Part shown: piece by piece, positions 1 to 17,727 of the stretch | How positions within the stretch are numbered: position 1 is the first letter of the stretch | How the letters are laid out: every line of letters begins with the position of its first letter | Assembly (NCBI RefSeq): GCF_009914755.1 | Contig: NC_060930.1 | Reading direction: 5' to 3' (one strand) | Length of the DNA: 64,000 bases | From: the human T2T-CHM13v2.0 reference genome, Homo sapiens | Translations under genes and position numbers: made by a program | Notes under the pieces: model-generated | Database searches by the model: none | The model's input: only the letters and a program-made list of their open reading frames with translations | Told to the model about the DNA's origin: nothing

Positions 1-1121
1 AATGCTTTCAGAAATAGAGATCTATGAAAAAAGAATCGCCCATCTTTAAGGATATATTCTTTTAGCAGGCACACTCAGAAGTTACCTGTACATGAATTAA
101 GCTTACTATTAAACTAATCCAGTCCTTCAAGAGTTGTTAACCATCACAACCACCACACAAGTCTCATCTGGGCAATTTAAACCCAGTTCTGACCTTAAAA
201 GCCTTTCCCATTCTAACAACTTTTATGAACAGGTCCAGAGAGAAGGCAGGAAGCAAAACAACGGGTTCCTCACTCAACAGGGGCAAAGATAATAAAGGAT
301 AAACTAGACTGTAGCTAAAAGATGGTCCAAGTCCTGTAGACAATGTGCTGCTGTTATGAGCCTAGCCACAAACTTGTTTTAGAACTACAGTAGATTTTTG
401 AGACAAGTTTACAAAGGTGCCCTATATTACAAAAGGAAGTCTCTGACCGACATGGTCATACAGCTGATGCGTGTAGCTAGACCTACTACCTCCATTTTCT
501 CAATTTTACTAGACCAAATTTTTGTCAGTTTCCATTAAATGCACCGGCTAAAATAACCACTATAAAATTTCCATTGTATTTTACTTTTCCAAAGTAAAAT
601 AATACTTTCCAATTGAAAAGTTCTTTCCAGGCTTAACCAGCATATGGCCTGGTTATATGTTGTTAAAATTAGTTCAATAACTAATTTCAAGTAATAAAAT
701 AATAATTAGATAAACAAGTAATTTCAGAGGAGAATTTGTAACAAGTATTAATAGGCAGCTTAAAGACATTTTTCAGTGGTCTGAACCGTACCTTTTTCTC
801 AATGCCCGGAATCGTAATTACTCAAAACCACCTAGCACTTTGCTTAAAGTGACACCCCCAAACCTCAGTGCATCAGTCTGCCAGGTGCTTATTTGATGAT
901 GCAGACTTTTGGAACCTATCCAGTCCCAGTTTCTGGTGATGGGGGTCCTAGAACATATATTTGACATACCCTGCCAACTACTACTAACGGTACATTCAGT
1001 GAGAGCCACCAGTCCTCTCGTCAATCGACCAAATTATAAAAACACCTACTTAATTATTCAATTAAACTTTCTGAACATGACTTTCCTCCCTTAGAGATTC
1101 TTTTTCATTAAAAACAATTCC

Positions 1122-1354
1122 TGGCTGGGTTTGGTAGCTTACACCTGTAATTGCAGCATGTTAGAAGGCAAGAGGATCATACCAAGACCCTGTCTCTATA
1201 AAAAATAAAAATCTTAGCATGGTGGCACATACCTGTAGTCCCCAGCTACTCTGAAGGCTGAGGCAGGAAGATGGCTTGAGCTTAGGAGTTGAAGGCTGCA
1301 GTGAGCTATGACAGCACCACTGCATTCCAGCCTGGGTGACAGAGGGAGACCCTG
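1122..1354 (+). mobile_element. AluJ (internally deleted)
   Basis: Alu consensus match. Confidence 0.85.
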
Positions 1355-1490
1355 GCAATCTATCTTCATTACTCATTGGCCCAGCATAAGAAGTATGGGC
1401 TTTTATTACTTTCTTTCCAACATTTGTTTCCCTGCCATCCATAAATATCCTCAATTTTCACTTGTGTATGCAGTATACAACCCAAAGCAA

Positions 1491-1708
1491 GGTTGGGCAT
1501 GTGGCTCACGCCTGTAATCCCAGCATTTTGGGAGGCCAAGGCAGGCGGATCACGAGGTCAGGAGGTCGAGACCAGCCTGGCCAACATGGCGAAACCCTCT
1601 GTCTACTAAAAATACAAAAACTGGCCAGGTGTGGTGGAGCACACCTGTAGTCCCAGCTACTCAGGAGGCTGAGGCAGGAGAATCGCTTGAACCCAAAAGG
1701 CGGAGGTT
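1491..1708 (+). mobile_element. AluS, 3'-truncated (no tail)
   Basis: Stops at ggcggaggtt. Confidence 0.85.
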
Positions 1709-2134
1709 CCCAAGAAATAAAGTAGTCAGACTGAAAAAAGCCCCAAGTTCTGAGTGCAGTTCTATAGACTAATCAGGTTGGGGGCTAAAGATTCCATTTT
1801 TAACAAACAGATTAAGTATGGTTTTAGTGAGTTTTAAACAGTACTAAATAAAAGTAAACATCATTTCTTGCAATTTTTAGAGAAAAGCAGAACACTTCAG
1901 CGATAGGGGCCTAGAGAATGGCTAAGAACCTTCAAAGTAAGAATTAACTTCTCAGCAGTAAGACACAAATTCCCAGTTACCTCTTCCAGTATTCATCACA
2001 TTTTGCCCCCTCAACAGGTGTCAAATGTATACTGCTAATAAAGCAAAATTTCTACCCCCAACCAGCATTTGATGATGGACTAAAATATCTCAAGTAAGAA
2101 AAATACCTTGAGTTCTAAATTTAAACTGCAACCA

Positions 2135-2458
<324 letters not shown>

Positions 2459-2605
2459 TTAAAACTGAGCACAATTTAAATAACTGTACATTTCCAACTG
2501 AAAAATAAAATTACCAAATATTGTTCCAAGAGCTCTTTTATGGACCATGGGAATCCAGTTTAAAAAAAAAAAAAAGAATGCAGTAAAATAATACAAAAGA
2601 AAGTG

Positions 2606-2880
2606 CAGCTGACCCTTGAACAACCCGGGTTTGAACCGTGGGCCCACTTATCACGGGTTTTTTTTTTTTTTTTTAACTCAACCAAAAACAGATCAAAAAC
2701 ACAGTATTCGTGGGATATAAAACCTGCACATTCGGAGGGCTGGCTTTTGGTATACTCAGGTTCTGCAGGGTCCACTGCTGAAATTTGTGGATTGTGGTTT
2801 GGGGGCGGGAGAACTGGGGGGGGGGGGGGGGGGGAGTGCAGTTCTGGGAACAATCTCCTGCACACACCAAGAGACAACTG
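2606..2880. mobile_element. MER8/Tigger2-type DNA transposon remnant containing a G19 run
   Basis: cagctgacccttgaacaacccgggtttgaac start and ...gagacaactg-ta end (Tigger2-type termini). Confidence 0.7.
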
Positions 2881-3235
2881 TAGTTTTTGTGTATGTATTT
2901 CCAAGAACTTTAATAAACACTATCCAGTAACTTACCAAGGAAGATAGAAGCACAAAGAGAAATGAATGTGTGTATTTTCAACTTTTAAAAAAGGTACCTA
3001 AGTCGATATGCAAATTAGGCATGATTCCTAGCACCAGGCAAGAAGTAGGGTACCTTCTATATGTTGTGCATTCAGATACTTTCAGATACTTTCCCTTTCT
3101 CTTAGGAGTTGTCTAAATCATGTCAATGTATTCTTCTAATGAGACACTGTTAATCTTTATTTTACAAAGTCCCCCCAATAATACTGTGTGCCTTCATTAT
3201 GAGGTAAAACTAGAACAAAAAGTATGTCATAATTT

Positions 3236-3241
3236 TTTATT
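3236..3241 (-). terminator. Polyadenylation signal AATAAA (main distal site)
   Basis: AATAAA, CA about 10 nt later, then U/GU-rich TACTTTTTGTTCTAGTTTT; second AATAAA at 3156-3161. Confidence 0.8.
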
Positions 3242-3614
3242 GATGGCATTTATCCCATGGTTTAACATGTTAATTATACTGTAATAAACATGGCTTTAAT
3301 ATTAAACTTTTCCTTATTATCCAAAGTCACCACAGTCCATTTTAGTAAATATAAAAATATATGCTTAATACTTTGTACAATACTGGTTTTTGGTCCAAAC
3401 AAAACTGGATCAGAAAAGCCAATAAATTCAACTTTAAGAATCCCCAATTTTTTTTTTAAAGATTTCCAAATGGATTTAGGCAACTTTGAATAATGGGATT
3501 TACATAATAAAATCTGAGACAAGACTAAACAAACAACAAAAAAATCTCTAACACAAAATTCAAATTTCAAGTTCACAGATTTATGTTATGCCAAAAAGTA
3601 CAGAAACAAAATTG

Positions 3615-3622
3615 TATTTACA
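3615..3622 (-). promoter_or_regulatory. Pumilio response element (UGUAAAUA) in 3' UTR
   Basis: Exact match to UGUAHAUA; motif match only. Confidence 0.45.
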
Positions 3623-4282
3623 CAAGTTTCATAATAAAATAATGAAAAAGGCAAGACAGGTGATAGGAGAATGAAAATATAGAAATAGCATATAATTATT
3701 AAATGGAGAGTGAACTAGATCTAACAAGTCCTTAGCACGGACCATTCTTTAATCAGGCTTCCTCTATCAGAAAAGTTTAGCGCACAATACACCCAACTCA
3801 CTCACTTCACACATACACCAGCACAAACTCAGCATAGAAATCATCCGTTTCAACACTCTCTAATCTATACAGAATTCTAATCTATACAGAATTCCTCAGA
3901 TATAATTACAATTTCAACGCGTTCCATGAACGCTTATCAGCGCACATAATGGTGTAGACAAAGAGGTTCTATACAAAGCCATTCACCGTGCAGGCTCCAT
4001 TCCTGGGTACAGCCAGACTATGTCAAATCAGTGAATAATCTGCTGGATCATAAAATATTTTTGCTGAAGAATCAGTCACCAGTCTAGCTATTTATTTATT
4101 TAAAAAAGGGTGGGTGAGGCAGGGTGGGGCTTCTGTAACGAAAGAGAAAGGAGGAAAATTCCAAAATTAAAGAAGTCCTTAGGCAGATCTGACTTCAGAT
4201 AACCCCAGCACAAAGTACAATCCAGTATCTGAAAGCAGGGCACCAGCTGTTGTTAAAATTGAGTACAACACCAATGTGACCT

Positions 4283-4367
4283 TTATTTCCTGCGTCTAAC
4301 AGCAGTCTTTATCTTGCGACCAGAGAATGAAGTTCCAGAAGAAGAGAACACATTTTTCCCATTTGAC
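4283..4367 (-). CDS. NUP153: NUP153 exon 22 coding part (SNGKNVF...RKIKTAVRRRK*)
   Basis: tcacAG acceptor; TAA stop at 4283-4285. Confidence 0.96.
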
Positions 4368-4712
4368 CTGTGAAAAATAAAAACTTCATAATGTGACATG
4401 ATGCTCTGAGCAAAATTTCCAAATGCTAACATTTACCATGAGCAGCAGAAGGGTAAGGGGGGTCGGGTGGGGGGGGAGTAGACTCACATTGGTATATACA
4501 TTTTCTGCTACACCTAACACACACGCTACTGTTATTTTTTTCTCAAACTGTAATATAATCCTCCAGAATTATAGTATGGTAAATTTATGTTGGAGAACAT
4601 ATTTAATTTTACCCAAACCATACGGAATCTTGATGACTTTTAAAAACAAAACATATACATGCACATACCCTTACCAATGTAACTTCTCCATTTCAATAAA
4701 AAATTCTCTTAC

Positions 4713-4881
4713 CCCACTGTAAATGCTGCTGGAGACTGGTTAAATGGAAAGCCCCCCGAGCCTGAAGGCTGGGCTGAGGCTGCAGGTGTGCTAGAATTTG
4801 CACCAAATGTGAACACTCCTGATGGACTGTTGTTTGTGAAGTTGAAATTTGTAGTGCTGCTGCCAAACTGGAAAGCCGAAC
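4713..4881 (-). CDS. NUP153: NUP153 exon 21 (169 nt; contains PSGVFTFG, the known HIV-1 capsid-binding FG motif)
   Basis: ttgcAG acceptor, GG|GTAAG donor; SAFQFGSSTTNFNFTNNSPSGVFTFG... Confidence 0.96.
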
Positions 4882-4927
4882 CTGCAATAGTTAAAGCAGA
4901 AATACTTCATTAGGGCAAAATGATAGG

Positions 4928-5234
4928 TTTTTTTGTTTGTTTGTTTGTTTTTTGAGACGGAGTCTCGCTCTCTTGCCCAGGCTGGAGTACAGTGGCACAA
5001 TCTTGGCTCACTGCAACCCTTGCCTCCTGGGTTCAAGTGATTCCCCTGCCTCAGCCTCCCCAGTAGCTGGGACTATATAGGTGCGTGCCACCATGCCTGG
5101 CTAATTTTTTGTATTTTAGTAGAGACGTGGTTTCACCATGTTGGCCAGGATGGTCTCGATCTCCTGACCTTGTGATCTGTCCACCTCGGCCTCCCAAAGT
5201 GCTGGATTACAGGCGTAAGCCACTGCACCCGGCC
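4928..5234 (-). mobile_element. AluS
   Basis: TSD atgataggttttt; ~45 nt from exon 21 acceptor. Confidence 0.9.
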
Positions 5235-5748
5235 GCAACATGATAGGTTTTTAAATTAAAGACTCTGACCTTTACATATAAAAACATGCAAAGAATTAAA
5301 ATATTCTGGTCTTTTAATCTAAAGAAAACTATTTTCTCCACTGACACATAGTACATACTTGACACCTCCAACAAATCACACAACTTACCTATGACCAAGG
5401 GGAAAAGGGCACCCTGGACTTATGGTTAAAGACAGTGAAATCAACAAATACACTTAGCTCTATCTTCTTTGAAAAGTGCATTAAAACAACAAGGGATTTT
5501 TACAAAGATATAGGTTTAGAAGCTGGAAGGCTGACTAGAGTTGATACTAAACGAGCAGTAGGGAAAGAACAGAAGCAATTGCATTTACACCAAACATACC
5601 CAAAATGTTTAGGTTCCAGATACCTATGGAAGTGAGGATGTAGTGGGAATTAAAAAAAAAAAAAAAAAAAAAGGATGGCAGAGTATGTTTAGAAGCAGAT
5701 ACCCAGAATCAATCCCTCCCAACACCAACACAAAGATGGTAATTATCA

Positions 5749-6059
5749 GTGGGTGCAGTGACTCATGCGTATAATCCTAGCACTTTGGGAGGCCAAGGCA
5801 GGTGGACTGCTTGAGCCCAGGAGTTTGAGAACAACCTAGGCAACATGGCGAGATCCTATCTCTATAAAAAATTTTTCAAAATTAGCCAGGCGTAGTGGCG
5901 TGCACCTGTAATCCCAGCTACTCAGGAGGCTGAGGTGGGAAGATCTTCTGAGCCTAGGAGGTCGAGGACGCAGTGTGCCCTGACTCTGCCACTGCCTTCC
6001 AGCCTGGGAAACAGAGTGAGACCCTATCTCAGAAGGAAAAGAAAAAAAAAGAAAAAAAA
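5749..6059 (+). mobile_element. AluJ
   Basis: gcttgagcccaggagtt J-type left arm. Confidence 0.88.
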
Positions 6060-6069
6060 GATGGTAATT

Positions 6070-7700
<1,631 letters not shown>

Positions 7701-7717
7701 TGAGAAAAGTTCTTTCA

Positions 7718-7819
7718 GTGCTTACTTCAGCAGCACATACCCAAAACTTGAACAAAGAAGATTAGCATGGCCCCCTGCACAAGGATGACACCCAAATTTG
7801 TGAAGTGTTCTATATTTTT
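7718..7819 (+). pseudogene. U6 snRNA retropseudogene (near full length, ACAGAGA box mutated)
   Basis: gtgcttacttcagcagcacatac...gaagattagcatggccccctgcacaaggatgacacccaaatttgtgaagtgttctatattttt aligns end to end with U6. Confidence 0.93.
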
Positions 7820-7936
7820 AAACTAAAAACTGATGAAAGAAATTAAAGAGAACACAAACAAATGTAAAGACATCCTATATTCATGGATCAGAAGAACTAT
7901 TATTGTTAAAATGGCCATACTACTCAAAGCAATCTA

Positions 7937-8306
<370 letters not shown>

Positions 8307-8766
8307 GGAAGGGAGGGAGGAACAAATCCTAAAATTCATATGGAACCACAGGAGTCCAAATAGCTAAAGCAATCCTGAGCAAAAAGAAAAAAGCTGAGGT
8401 ATCATACTATCTGACTTCAAAATATACTACACAAAGCTATACTTACCATATATAGCTATATGAGACTGGTATAAAAAGACACATAGACCAATGGAATAGA
8501 ATAGAGAATTCAGAAACAAATCCACGTATTTACAGCCAACTGATTTTCGACAATGATGACAAGAACACGCATTGGGAAAAGGATACTCTCTTCAGTAAAT
8601 GGTGCTTGGAAAACTGGAGATCCATATGCAGTATGAAACTAGACCCCTACTTCTCACCCTATACAAAAATCAACTCAAAATGGATTAGACTTAAGTGTAA
8701 GACATGAGACCACAAAACCCCTAGAAGAAAACATAGTGAGAAATGCTCCAGGACATTGGTCTAAGC

Positions 8767-8984
8767 CAAGCTTGTCCAACCGAGAGGCCACATGTAGCCC
8801 AGGATGGCTCTGAATGCCGTCCAACACAAATTCATAAACTTTCTTAAAACGTGGAGATTTTTTTTCTTGGCAATTTTCTTTTTCAGTTCATCAGCTATTG
8901 TTAGTGTTAATGTATCTTGTGTTTGGCCGAAGACAATAATTCTTCCAAAGTAGCCCCTGGAAGCCAAAAGATAGGACCCCCCTG
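8767..8984 (-). mobile_element. MER30 (hAT-Charlie MITE) with 8-bp TSD
   Basis: Ends caagcttgtccaac...ggacccccctg; TSD gtctaagc/gcctaggc inside L1. Confidence 0.85.
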
Positions 8985-10352
8985 GCCTAGGCAAAGATTT
9001 TATGGCTAAGACATCAAAAGCACAGGCAACAAAAACAAAAATAGACAAGAGGGACTATATTAAACTGAAAAGCTTCTGCACAGCAAAAGAAGCAATCAGG
9101 AGTGAAAAATTTGTTGAAAGGGAAAAAAAGTTTGCTAACTATTCATCCAACAGGGGACTAATATCCAGAATACACAATGAGCTCAAAGAACTCAACAGCA
9201 AAACAAAAACAACCAAATAATCCCACTGAAAAGCGGGCAAAGGATCTGAACAGACATTTCTTAAAACACAACACACAAATGGCCAATAGACCTGAAAAAA
9301 TGCTCAACATCACTATCATAAGGGAAATGCAAATCAAAACCACAATGAGGTAGCATTTCACCTCTTAGAATGGCTATTAGCAAAAGGACAAAAATTAACA
9401 ACTGCTGGCAAGGAAATGGAAACTTACACACTGTTGGAGTGAATGTAAATTAGTATAACCGTTATGGAAAACAGTAAGGAAGTTTCTCAAAAAATCTAAA
9501 AATAGAATCACCTTATGATCCAGCAATCCCACTACTGGCTATTTATCCAAAGGAGAGGAAATCAGTATATCAAAGAGACACCTGTACCTGATGTTTAGTG
9601 CAGCACTATTCACAACAGCCAAGATACGGAATCAATCTAAGTGTCCATCAACAGATGGATACAGAAAATGTGGTTTAATATACAATAAAATACTATTTGG
9701 TCATTAAAAGAAAATAACATCTTGTCATTTACTACAACATCTATGGCACTGAAGGACATTATGTTAGGTGAAATAAGCCAGGCACAAAGACACATATTCA
9801 ATGTTCTCACTCATGTGTAGGAGCTAAAAAACAAGTTGATCTCATAAAGGTAGAGAACAAATGATGGTTCAGAGGCTTCGTTGGGGTGGTGGTAGGAAGG
9901 GAAGGTGGTTAACGAATACAAACATATAGCTAGATAGAAGGAATAAATTCTAGTATTTGAGAGCACAGTAGAGTTAACAATAATTTATTGTACATTTCAA
10001 AATAGCTAGAAGTTCTGAAATGTTCCCAACACAAAGAAATGATGAATGTTCAAGGTGATGGATATCCTAAATGCCCTAATTTATTACACATTGTATGTAT
10101 GTAACAAAATAACACATCAGTTTTTAAAAATGAAAAACTTTAAAATATTTTTTTAAAGTTTTTCATTTTTATCAAAAATGCTTTTGGATTATTACTAAAA
10201 CTATATTTCTATGTATGACAAAAATTAATGCTTTGTGTTTTCTGTGGGAATGACCTTCACTAGACTTTGTAGCATGGCTTTTCTTTTGTTTTGTTTTGTG
10301 TTTTTTTGGACAGTTATGCTGCTACCCAGAGTCAAGAGTTTTCTAACATCTT

Positions 10353-10663
10353 GGCTGGGCACAGTAGCTCACGCCTGTAATCCTAGCACTTTAGGAGGCT
10401 GAGGTGGGTGGACTGCTTGAGCTCGGGAGTTAGAGACCAGCCTGGATAACATGGCAAAACCCTGTCTCTACAAACCACGCCCCCCTCCAAAAATGAAACA
10501 GATGGGTGTAGTGGTGGTGTCTGCCTGTAGTCCCAGTTTCTTGGCAGGCTCAGGCAGGAGGATGGCTTGAGCCCAGCAGGTTGAGGCAGTAGTGAGCCGA
10601 GATTCCACCACTGTACTCCAGTTTGTGCGGCAAGGTGAGACCCTGTCTCAAAAAATTTAAAAA
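10353..10663 (+). mobile_element. AluJ
   Basis: TSD ttttctaacatctt. Confidence 0.88.
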
Positions 10664-11034
10664 AGGATTTTCTAACATCTTTACTATCCAGGTCTACCTT
10701 GTTATAGAACTGAGAACCTCAACCCTAAAATGCTGTCTTTCCCCAAGTTTCAACAACAGTGTGACTCTAATTTTTAGGGCCTCTGTAGCCTTTTCTCAAT
10801 TCTTTAACTGGAAGAAAGATCTCCTAAAATTGACTTTTTCTTTGTATTTAGTTTATAAAATTGATTGCTCTTTACATTAAAAAAAAAATAAAGAGAGGAA
10901 GTCAATAATGTCAGAGAAACAAATTTTGTATAGGATAGAAAGTTATAGTATACCATATGGCTCAGCAATAATCAGCATTTCCATAATCAGAATCCTGATC
11001 TAACCTTACAGTGTCTCTATATTAAGCAGATAAA

Positions 11035-12240
<1,206 letters not shown>

Positions 12241-12747
12241 CAACAACAATTTTAAGAAAATATAGGATTATAATACAATTTGATTAGTCATATTTAAATA
12301 TGCAGTTCAAATGGAAAGGCTGGTATCATCAGTAAATAGAAAGTGTCATGAGACAACTCAGCGGGACTGCCCCAGGAGAGAGCACTGGACCTGGGGGTAA
12401 CTTCCTAACGCAAATCCAATCATAAACAGGATCAGAAAATGCACTTCAAAGCTAGCCTTGCAAGCCCAAAAATTCAAAGTTGAGAAGAAATGAGAGTGAA
12501 TGAATCCCATACTTAAGTCAGAGTAAAAATTAACACTTTAAAATACATTACTACCTTAAAAAAGTTACAAGTCTGTGAAACCTGCGAATGTTGTTTATAT
12601 ATAAATCCAACCATATTACCTCTCTATTCTGCCAAGTACAAGAGATAATTTTAAAATTAGACATATGAATGGTTTCCAAGCTCAAAGGAAAATATTTTAA
12701 GACACACAAAACCCATACAGATACTAACAGCATCACAGCACACTTAC

Positions 12748-13020
12748 TAGAATTAGGAGTTGTTCCAGAGCCAAATGCAGACTGACTAGGTTGCTGTCCA
12801 AACACAGGGGGCTGGCTACTGCTTGACACTGTCCCAAAAGTAGGTGGTGCAGGCTGAGAACCAGTGGGAAATAATGCTGTGGAAGATGATATAGATCCAA
12901 AGCCTGGGGGATTGGGCTGGCTGGCACCTTGACTTTGTCCAAATGTTGGGGTCTGGTTAGCACCAAATGCTGGACTGGCAGATGGTGCTGAGGGTCCAGT
13001 TCCAAATACAAAGGAGGATC
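12748..13020 (-). CDS. NUP153: NUP153 exon 20 (273 nt; PxFG repeats)
   Basis: ctccAG acceptor, CTA|GTAAGT donor; SSFVFGTGP...GTTPNS. Confidence 0.96.
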
Positions 13021-13441
13021 CTGGAGGCCCAAAGAAACACTTAAGTCACCATGGTGGCTAATGTCAGATTATCCTCAAGAAATTTCTGTAAACCCACAAG
13101 CAAATGTCAAGCTTCGTTTCAGACTCTTACCTTGCTAACCAAATTCCATCAAGACAAGTTTTAAATAATGATTGAGAATACAACGCTCTCTACCATTATT
13201 TAGTGAAACATACTAAATTCATATAAACAAAAACTGCAATTAACAACTACTCCACACCTTTACAGCCGACAATTTCTGGTAAAGGAACATATCTCAGAAT
13301 AATCTCCCACCAGAAATTTAATGTGTGCAGAAATTGCCTCATGATGTGCATATATACATTGCATAATAAAGACTGATGTTTAATAAAACAACTTCCAGTG
13401 TCTGGTTACTGACAACCTAACATTTTAAAAACAAAGCTTGG

Positions 13442-13854
<413 letters not shown>

Positions 13855-13994
13855 TTAAAACAACCCTGGTATAGATGACCAAAAGGCATTCCCACCATTT
13901 TGTGATAACCTGCTATATGATATTCGCTAAGAACTGACACACTAATAAGTAAAGTCCATCCAATTACAATGCATTTTTTCTTTTGTAAATGTAC

Positions 13995-14351
13995 CTGCAG
14001 AGCTAGATGTGGTTGTGGCTCCAAAGCCGAAACCAGAGGTGGTAGTATTATTACTGCTGGCTCCTGGACCAAAGACAAATGGGGTGACAGCTGTACCTGT
14101 GCTGGATGTGGTTGCTAGTTTGCTATCTTGAGAAAATAGCAAAGACTGAGAGGTGCTGGATTCAGCAGTGTTACCAAAGGCAGAGCTGCTCACAGGATTG
14201 CTGGACTGTCCAAACACAAAGGTAGCCACAGGTGGATTGGAGGAAGAGGTGGAACTACCAAATATGCCACCACCAGCAGAAGTGGCTGGTGTACTTGAAC
14301 TAGAGGAACTGTTGTTCAAGAAACTAAAAACTGGCTTTGCTGCACCTTGAT
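13995..14351 (-). CDS. NUP153: NUP153 exon 19 (357 nt; FG repeats)
   Basis: ORF 13942..14376; cttacAG acceptor, CAG|GTACAT donor. Confidence 0.96.
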
Positions 14352-14479
14352 CTGTAAGACAGAAATTAAGAAACAAACATAAATCCTTAAGAATAGTCTC
14401 AGAAAGTACTTTTTCCTACCCTACAATTGCTAGAATTTTCCTACCCTAGAATTCGCTAGAAAATAGATTTTTTATATAG

Positions 14480-16420
<1,941 letters not shown>

Positions 16421-16842
16421 TCTTAATGTTTGATGAGGACTGGTTATCTGTAACTATTTGTAAATAAAGGCCTTCCCATAGATTATGGTAGAAAATACTT
16501 CATAAGCTAAGAATCCTTATTTTCCAGGTAGTAGATACCAATTCTGATTATAAAAGCCCAAACAGAAGAGAAAGACACACATAAATATGCACTATATTGA
16601 GCTTTGCATTACTGCTGTATTTCTCAAAATTAGATCCACAGATGACTTCACCAGAATCATGAGGGTTTTAAAGAGCAGTTCAAACTGAAAATCCTAGGTT
16701 CCTTCCCAAAGAGTTCTGTATTTCTCAACTATGTTCAGTGTAAACCATTAATTGACTTGCTGCATCTGTCAAGGCAACTTGTAAAACGACAACTTGTAAA
16801 AAAAAAAAATAATAATAATAATAATAAAAAGTTAATACTTAC

Positions 16843-17727
16843 CAGCTGTAGTACTAGTTTGAGCTCCAAAGGCAAAAGTGGCTTTTGCTGGCTGTTCAGA
16901 TTCCTTCTCAGATGGTTTTGTCATACTAAAACTAAATGTGGACTTTGAAGAATTCTCATCTTTGGTTTGCTCTGAATTCCCAAAGGAAAACACTGGTTGA
17001 CACTTTGGCTCTTCATTGTCAGCTTTCTTCCCAAAAACTAGGGAAGTAGAAGTGACAGGCTCTTGCTGTTTCTCTTCTGTCCTTCCCAAAACAAACACTG
17101 AGGCAGATGGCAGAGAGGCAGGCTCCACGTTGCCAAAAGAGAATCCTCCTTTGGTGGCAGGCATTTCTTCTTTTTTAGCTTCTGATGTCTTACATGTGAA
17201 AGGAGCCACTGAAGCACTCTTGGTTTCTATGGTTCCAAGGTTGAAGCTGCTCTTGTTCTCAGAGGTCACTATGGTGTTAGCAGGAGCAGGGGTGGAGTTA
17301 ATAACACCTGTACCAAAGCTAAAACCTGCAGAGGAAGATTTGGGCAGTTCCTCTTTCTTTTCTTCCTGTCCAAGATTAGATACCCCAAATTGAAATGGAG
17401 TTAAAGAAACTGGGTTGCTTAAACCAGAAGAAAGTCCAAACTTAAAATTATCATTCTTACTATCTTTTTTAACTTCTTCGGGCTTAGATTCAGATGAAAC
17501 TCCAAATTTAAAATCTCCTATTGGTTTAGAAAATTTAAAGCCTTCACTCATGGGGTTTATAGACCCAGAATCAGATGACACACCTATTTTGAATCCTCCC
17601 TGATCTCCAAATTTAAAATTTCCAGTGCTTGTTAAAGTCTGAGAAGGCCCAGAAGAGGATGATGAGACACCAAATTTGAAGGATGAGGAGGCTGCTGAGT
17701 TCGAAGATGAGGAAGATGTGTCAAAGC
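16843..17727 (-). CDS. NUP153: NUP153 exon 18 (885 nt; FKFG/FSFG repeat region)
   Basis: ORF 16832..17581 plus upstream extension; ttgtAG acceptor, CTG|GTAAGT donor. Confidence 0.97.

Larger units (their letters stand above)
3224..4282 (-). other. NUP153: NUP153 3' UTR (~1.06 kb)
   Basis: Repeat-free AU-rich sequence from the stop codon to AATAAA plus a downstream U-rich element; exact cleavage site inferred. Confidence 0.85.

Noticed and set aside
1-1100. Possible 3' end of a convergent neighbouring gene (FAM8A1 from memory of the locus)
   Set aside because: No exon or convincing 3' end can be shown from this sequence; only degraded MER5-like remnants at ~850-1020
7718-7819. Functional U6 snRNA gene
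   Set aside because: ACAGAGA box altered, small deletions, no recognisable PSE/TATA upstream, fused to L1
17016-17603. Plus-strand ORFs (125 and 62 aa) antisense to exon 18
   Set aside because: Shadow frames of a Ser/Phe-rich coding exon; no independent gene signals
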